From Octopus vulgaris (Eukaryota): 64,000 bases of DNA. The notes below the pieces were generated by a model. It was not told the DNA's origin, did no database searches, and saw nothing but the letters and a program-made list of their open reading frames with translations. Numbering within the stretch: position 1 is the stretch's first letter; every line of letters begins with the position of its first letter. This document shows positions 60,728 to 64,000 of this stretch, piece by piece. The translations under genes and the position numbers were made by a program. The stretch covers positions 31,682,001 through 31,746,000 of the forward strand of contig OX597832.1 in the NCBI GenBank assembly GCA_951406725.2. Direction: 5' to 3'.

Positions 60728-61100
60728 GGTGTGGCTGTGGGGTAAGGAGATTCCTCCCCTGCCACCTAGGCCTTGGGTTCAGTCCTGCTGTGAGTGAATT
60801 TGGTAAACGGAAACTGGAAGAAACCAGTCAAATATCGAATCACACACGCGCGCACACACACACGCATATTCGATACCTACGTGTGTGTGTGTGTTTGTAT
60901 CTTTTCCCATGTATTTGCCGTCACACATTGCTAGACAACCAGCTTTCGTTTGCGACCTCGTAACTTAGCGGTTTGGCGTAAGTAATCGATAGAGTAAGTA
61001 TCATGCTTGAAAAAATAAAGTGCTGGGGTGAATTTACTCAGCTAATACCCTTCAAGGTGGTGCCCCAGCATGGCCGCGCTTCAATGACTGAAACAAGTAA
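60728..61100 (+). mobile_element. Old degenerate SINE family B copy
   Basis: GTGGCTGTGGGGTAAG head; tail CTTCAAGGTGGTGCCCCAGCATGGCCGC..ATGACTGAAACAAGTAA. Confidence 0.75.
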
Positions 61101-61110
61101 CTATATATAC

Positions 61111-61484
61111 ACAGGCGTGGCTATGTGCTAAGCTTGCTTTCCAACCATATGGTCCCGGGTTCAGTCCCACTGTGTGCCACATTGGGTATTTTCTACTCAA
61201 GCCTCGGGCCAACCAAATGTTCATAAGTGGATTTGGCTGACGGAAACTGAAAGAAGCCCGTCGTATATGTGTGTGTGTGTGTGTGTGTTTGTGTGTGTGT
61301 CTATGTTTGTCCCCCACCATTGCTTGGCAACCGATGTTGGTGAGTTTACGTTCTCGTAACGTAGCGGTTCGGCAAATAAGTACAAGTCTTACAAAGAATA
61401 AGTCCTGGTGTCTATTCGTTCGACTAAAGGTGGGGCTCCAGCATAGCCGCAGTCAAATGACAGAATCAAGTGAAAGAATAAAAG
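61111..61484 (+). mobile_element. SINE family B, near full length
   Basis: Head, internal (TG)n, tail ..CCAGCATAGCCGCAGTCAAATGACAGAATCAAGTGAAAGAATAAAAG. Confidence 0.88.
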
Positions 61485-61504
61485 CGTAAAAGTATACTGT
61501 CACT

Positions 61505-61700
61505 TGTCGTCTGCTCGTGCAATCAACTTGCAAGTGGCCGAGTACTCCGCAGACAGCCGTACCCATAATGTAGTTTCCTGGGTGATTCGGCGTGACACAG
61601 AATGTGACAAAAATGGACTGGAACAACCTGAAATAAAAGTGTCTTGCCAACAACGCGCTTCCAGTAATCGCACTTACAACCATACGATACTAAGCGGATT
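61505..61700 (-). mobile_element. Degenerate SINE carrying tail type E on a different, CORE-like head
   Basis: 61505-61620 matches 36040-36150; upstream part TGAAATAAAAGTGTCTTGCC differs from family C. Confidence 0.55.
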
Positions 61701-61919
61701 GTGAGTAGATGGATGTATTAATATACTTGTATATGGATAAGATATAAGGTTAAATTCTATATAAGATTTATCAAGTAACCAGCGTGGAAAACCAATTCAG
61801 GAAAATATTAATACAAAGTATAAAATACATTTTTATATTAAGGGCTATTACATTAAGTAATGCCTCACGCTGTAATGGCACTCAAAAGTCAAATTTTATT
61901 TTGGTATTTATGTGAGCAA

Positions 61920-62100
61920 CTATCTTCGAAGACTCACATTGTTGTTGATTGCTTGAAATAGGGAGTAGATAGACAGGCGACAACTGATAAAGGGTCGTTC
62001 TTTGCATTCTTTGTAATCCTTGACTTGCTTTCCATTTTCCTCCTCTCGTTATTTGCGTATTTCATGTTGTTTACTATTGGTGACGTCCTGTACCCATATA

Positions 62101-62105
<5 letters not shown>
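61920..62105 (+). mobile_element. Repeat family H5, third copy
   Basis: GAGTAGATAGACAGGCGACAACTGATAAAGGG..GACGTCCTGTACCCATATATGC then (TA)n. Confidence 0.65.
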
Positions 62106-62168
<63 letters not shown>

Positions 62169-62196
62169 TGTATGTATGTATATATATATATATATT

Positions 62197-62549
62197 TCAA
62201 CAATTGAGGGTAAAATTAATTAATTAATCAATTTCACCAAGTATTCAGTATGCAAAGGGACCATTTAAGGCGAATTCAAATTATTACATTATATAAAAGG
62301 GCTTAGTAAAATAAATAAAGAAGTGTCGATTTTGACTAATCTTGAAACGTACGTTCTCAAATAACCTTTGCATTTGATTTATTAATGTTTCTACCCTCAT
62401 ACTTTCGTGAGTTGAGTTGAGCAAACACTATATGAGAGAGATTTTCTTTAAGTATTGGAAATAGTTTTTAAAAAGTTTTTTTAGCTGCTATTTCTAATGA
62501 GTTCAGTATGCGGCAAAGTAATTTATTTTACTAAGCCCTTTTATATAAT
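62197..62549. mobile_element. Second family H3 element with internal inversion and a 5'-truncated hammerhead, in (TA)n
   Basis: 62197-62316 is the reverse complement of about 19996-20113; 62317-62549 is homologous to 19789-20027; half ribozyme at 62317-62361. Confidence 0.85.
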
Positions 62550-63589
62550 ATATATATATATATATATATAATATATGTATATACAGCATATATATGTATT
62601 TACACACACACTCACACACATATATATATACACTCACTTTCATCCATATATACAGGTGTAAACATACATGTAATACATTATCCTGTAAGTCGTTGCTAAA
62701 CACATCTCATTTGCATATATGTAAATTTTGCCTCCATGTATGCATGCGTTTGCACCTATACATACGTTTATTCATTCATGCATACATACATAGATGAGTG
62801 CGTATGCATGTGTATGCGTGTATGTATGTACGTTCGTGTGTATGTGTTTTTATAAGCATACATACGTGTAAGTCTATATACACATGCATGTATACACACG
62901 TCAAATAATCGTCACTTGTTTTATCGATGAGTTCCATCTCCGTTTGCTGCATCCGTGTTTGTTCGAGTATTTTGTTTGTTTGGTTATTTGTTGAGTTCTG
63001 TACGATATACGACATGGAATCTCACAGCAAACAAACTGCCGAATGCGTACATATAAATACATATATGTATATATGTACTTGTATATATATAAATCTGTAT
63101 ACACATACACACACAGGCACACACACACGCATATGTACGTGTATATATTTACTGTATAGAGATGCAGTGATATACTAATATGCATACACACGCACACAAT
63201 ATACACAGACACATAGACACACGCACAAATACGTAAACATATATATATATAGTACGTTATATTTTTTTAGACATTTCTTTTCCCGTATACAGAAGCATAA
63301 AGTATGTATGTATGTATGTATATATGTCCGTTTGTATGTTCGTATGAATCTATATAGGCATCTTATATCTATATGTGTGTGTGTATGATTATATGTATGC
63401 ATGTATATTTATTCAAATTCGGATTTCGCATACACTCATGCATGCGCGAACACACACGCACATATAACATATATATGAAACAGACAATTCTACGCACACA
63501 CGATTCCTTCCAAACAAGAGAGGACACTACCAACATCTCTTCTTGCAGTGATATAAAAACTGAAGAGAAAGACCTAGCCATCCTCCTCA

Positions 63590-64000
63590 CGATACAGGAT
63601 CGCGTAGACTTTCTTGCCACGCGCCCCTCTATATCACGCTTAAAGATCATAAACCCAACGGCTCTGGATAGGGATTGATGGCCTGGCACGTGTGAAGCCA
63701 TTTGAACGGGTATGCTGTAAATTCAGAAAGAATTTGATAATATGGTCAAAGAATATGGTCAAACTACAAGTGTCACCACCGATTTGAGGAAGATTGACTT
63801 CCAGGATGTAAGAATATACCTCGAGACGGTTCACAAACACAAGACACACTCTATATAGAAGATATCCAATAGAGTAAACAACGACCAACATAAAGACCAC
63901 AGTTCGCATTACACACAACACACAATACAACAAAAGACTGCAACACCAGGAAGAGTTTGCATTCACCCAATAACAAAAAAAAAGCAACAACAAAAAACAC
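63590..64000 (+). mobile_element. Degraded Penelope-type reverse transcriptase remnant and downstream repeat
   Basis: AGG GAT(T)GAT GGC CTG GCA = RDDGLA with a 1-nt insertion (63670-63688); KEYGQTTSVTTDLRKIDFQDVRIYLET (cf. VxFLDVxL); 63949-63970 recurs inverted at 49596-49617. Confidence 0.55.

Overview
AT-rich, microsatellite-saturated eukaryotic non-coding DNA. The SINE repertoire and repeat style point to a cephalopod, most likely Octopus (inferred from remembered repeat families, not from a search). No host protein-coding gene can be supported, and nearly all ORFs in the supplied track are translations of (TA)n, (CA)n, (TATC)n or (ATT)n repeats. Recognisable content is a set of dead mobile elements: Dong/R4-like, Hero-like, CR1-like, Tx1-like and RTE-like LINE remnants, a Penelope-type RT remnant, two nested mariners, putative MITE, Helitron and hAT remnants, and several tRNA-derived SINE families. 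The main hidden signal is a set of short non-coding elements, each carrying a minimal type I hammerhead ribozyme with a palindromic helix III. Six are complete folds (1925, 9000, 17900, 19777, 50249, 57167) and further half or degenerate copies occur. They fall into at least four sequence families, mostly end about 100 nt downstream at (TA)n, and several show Penelope-style inverted or partial-tandem architecture. One copy sits behind a tRNA-like Pol III head, making it a candidate SINE-ribozyme or retrozyme. Other notable items are a perfect 82-bp inverted duplication of a promoter-like sequence 2.7 kb apart and an apparent partitioning of retroelement families among microsatellite types.
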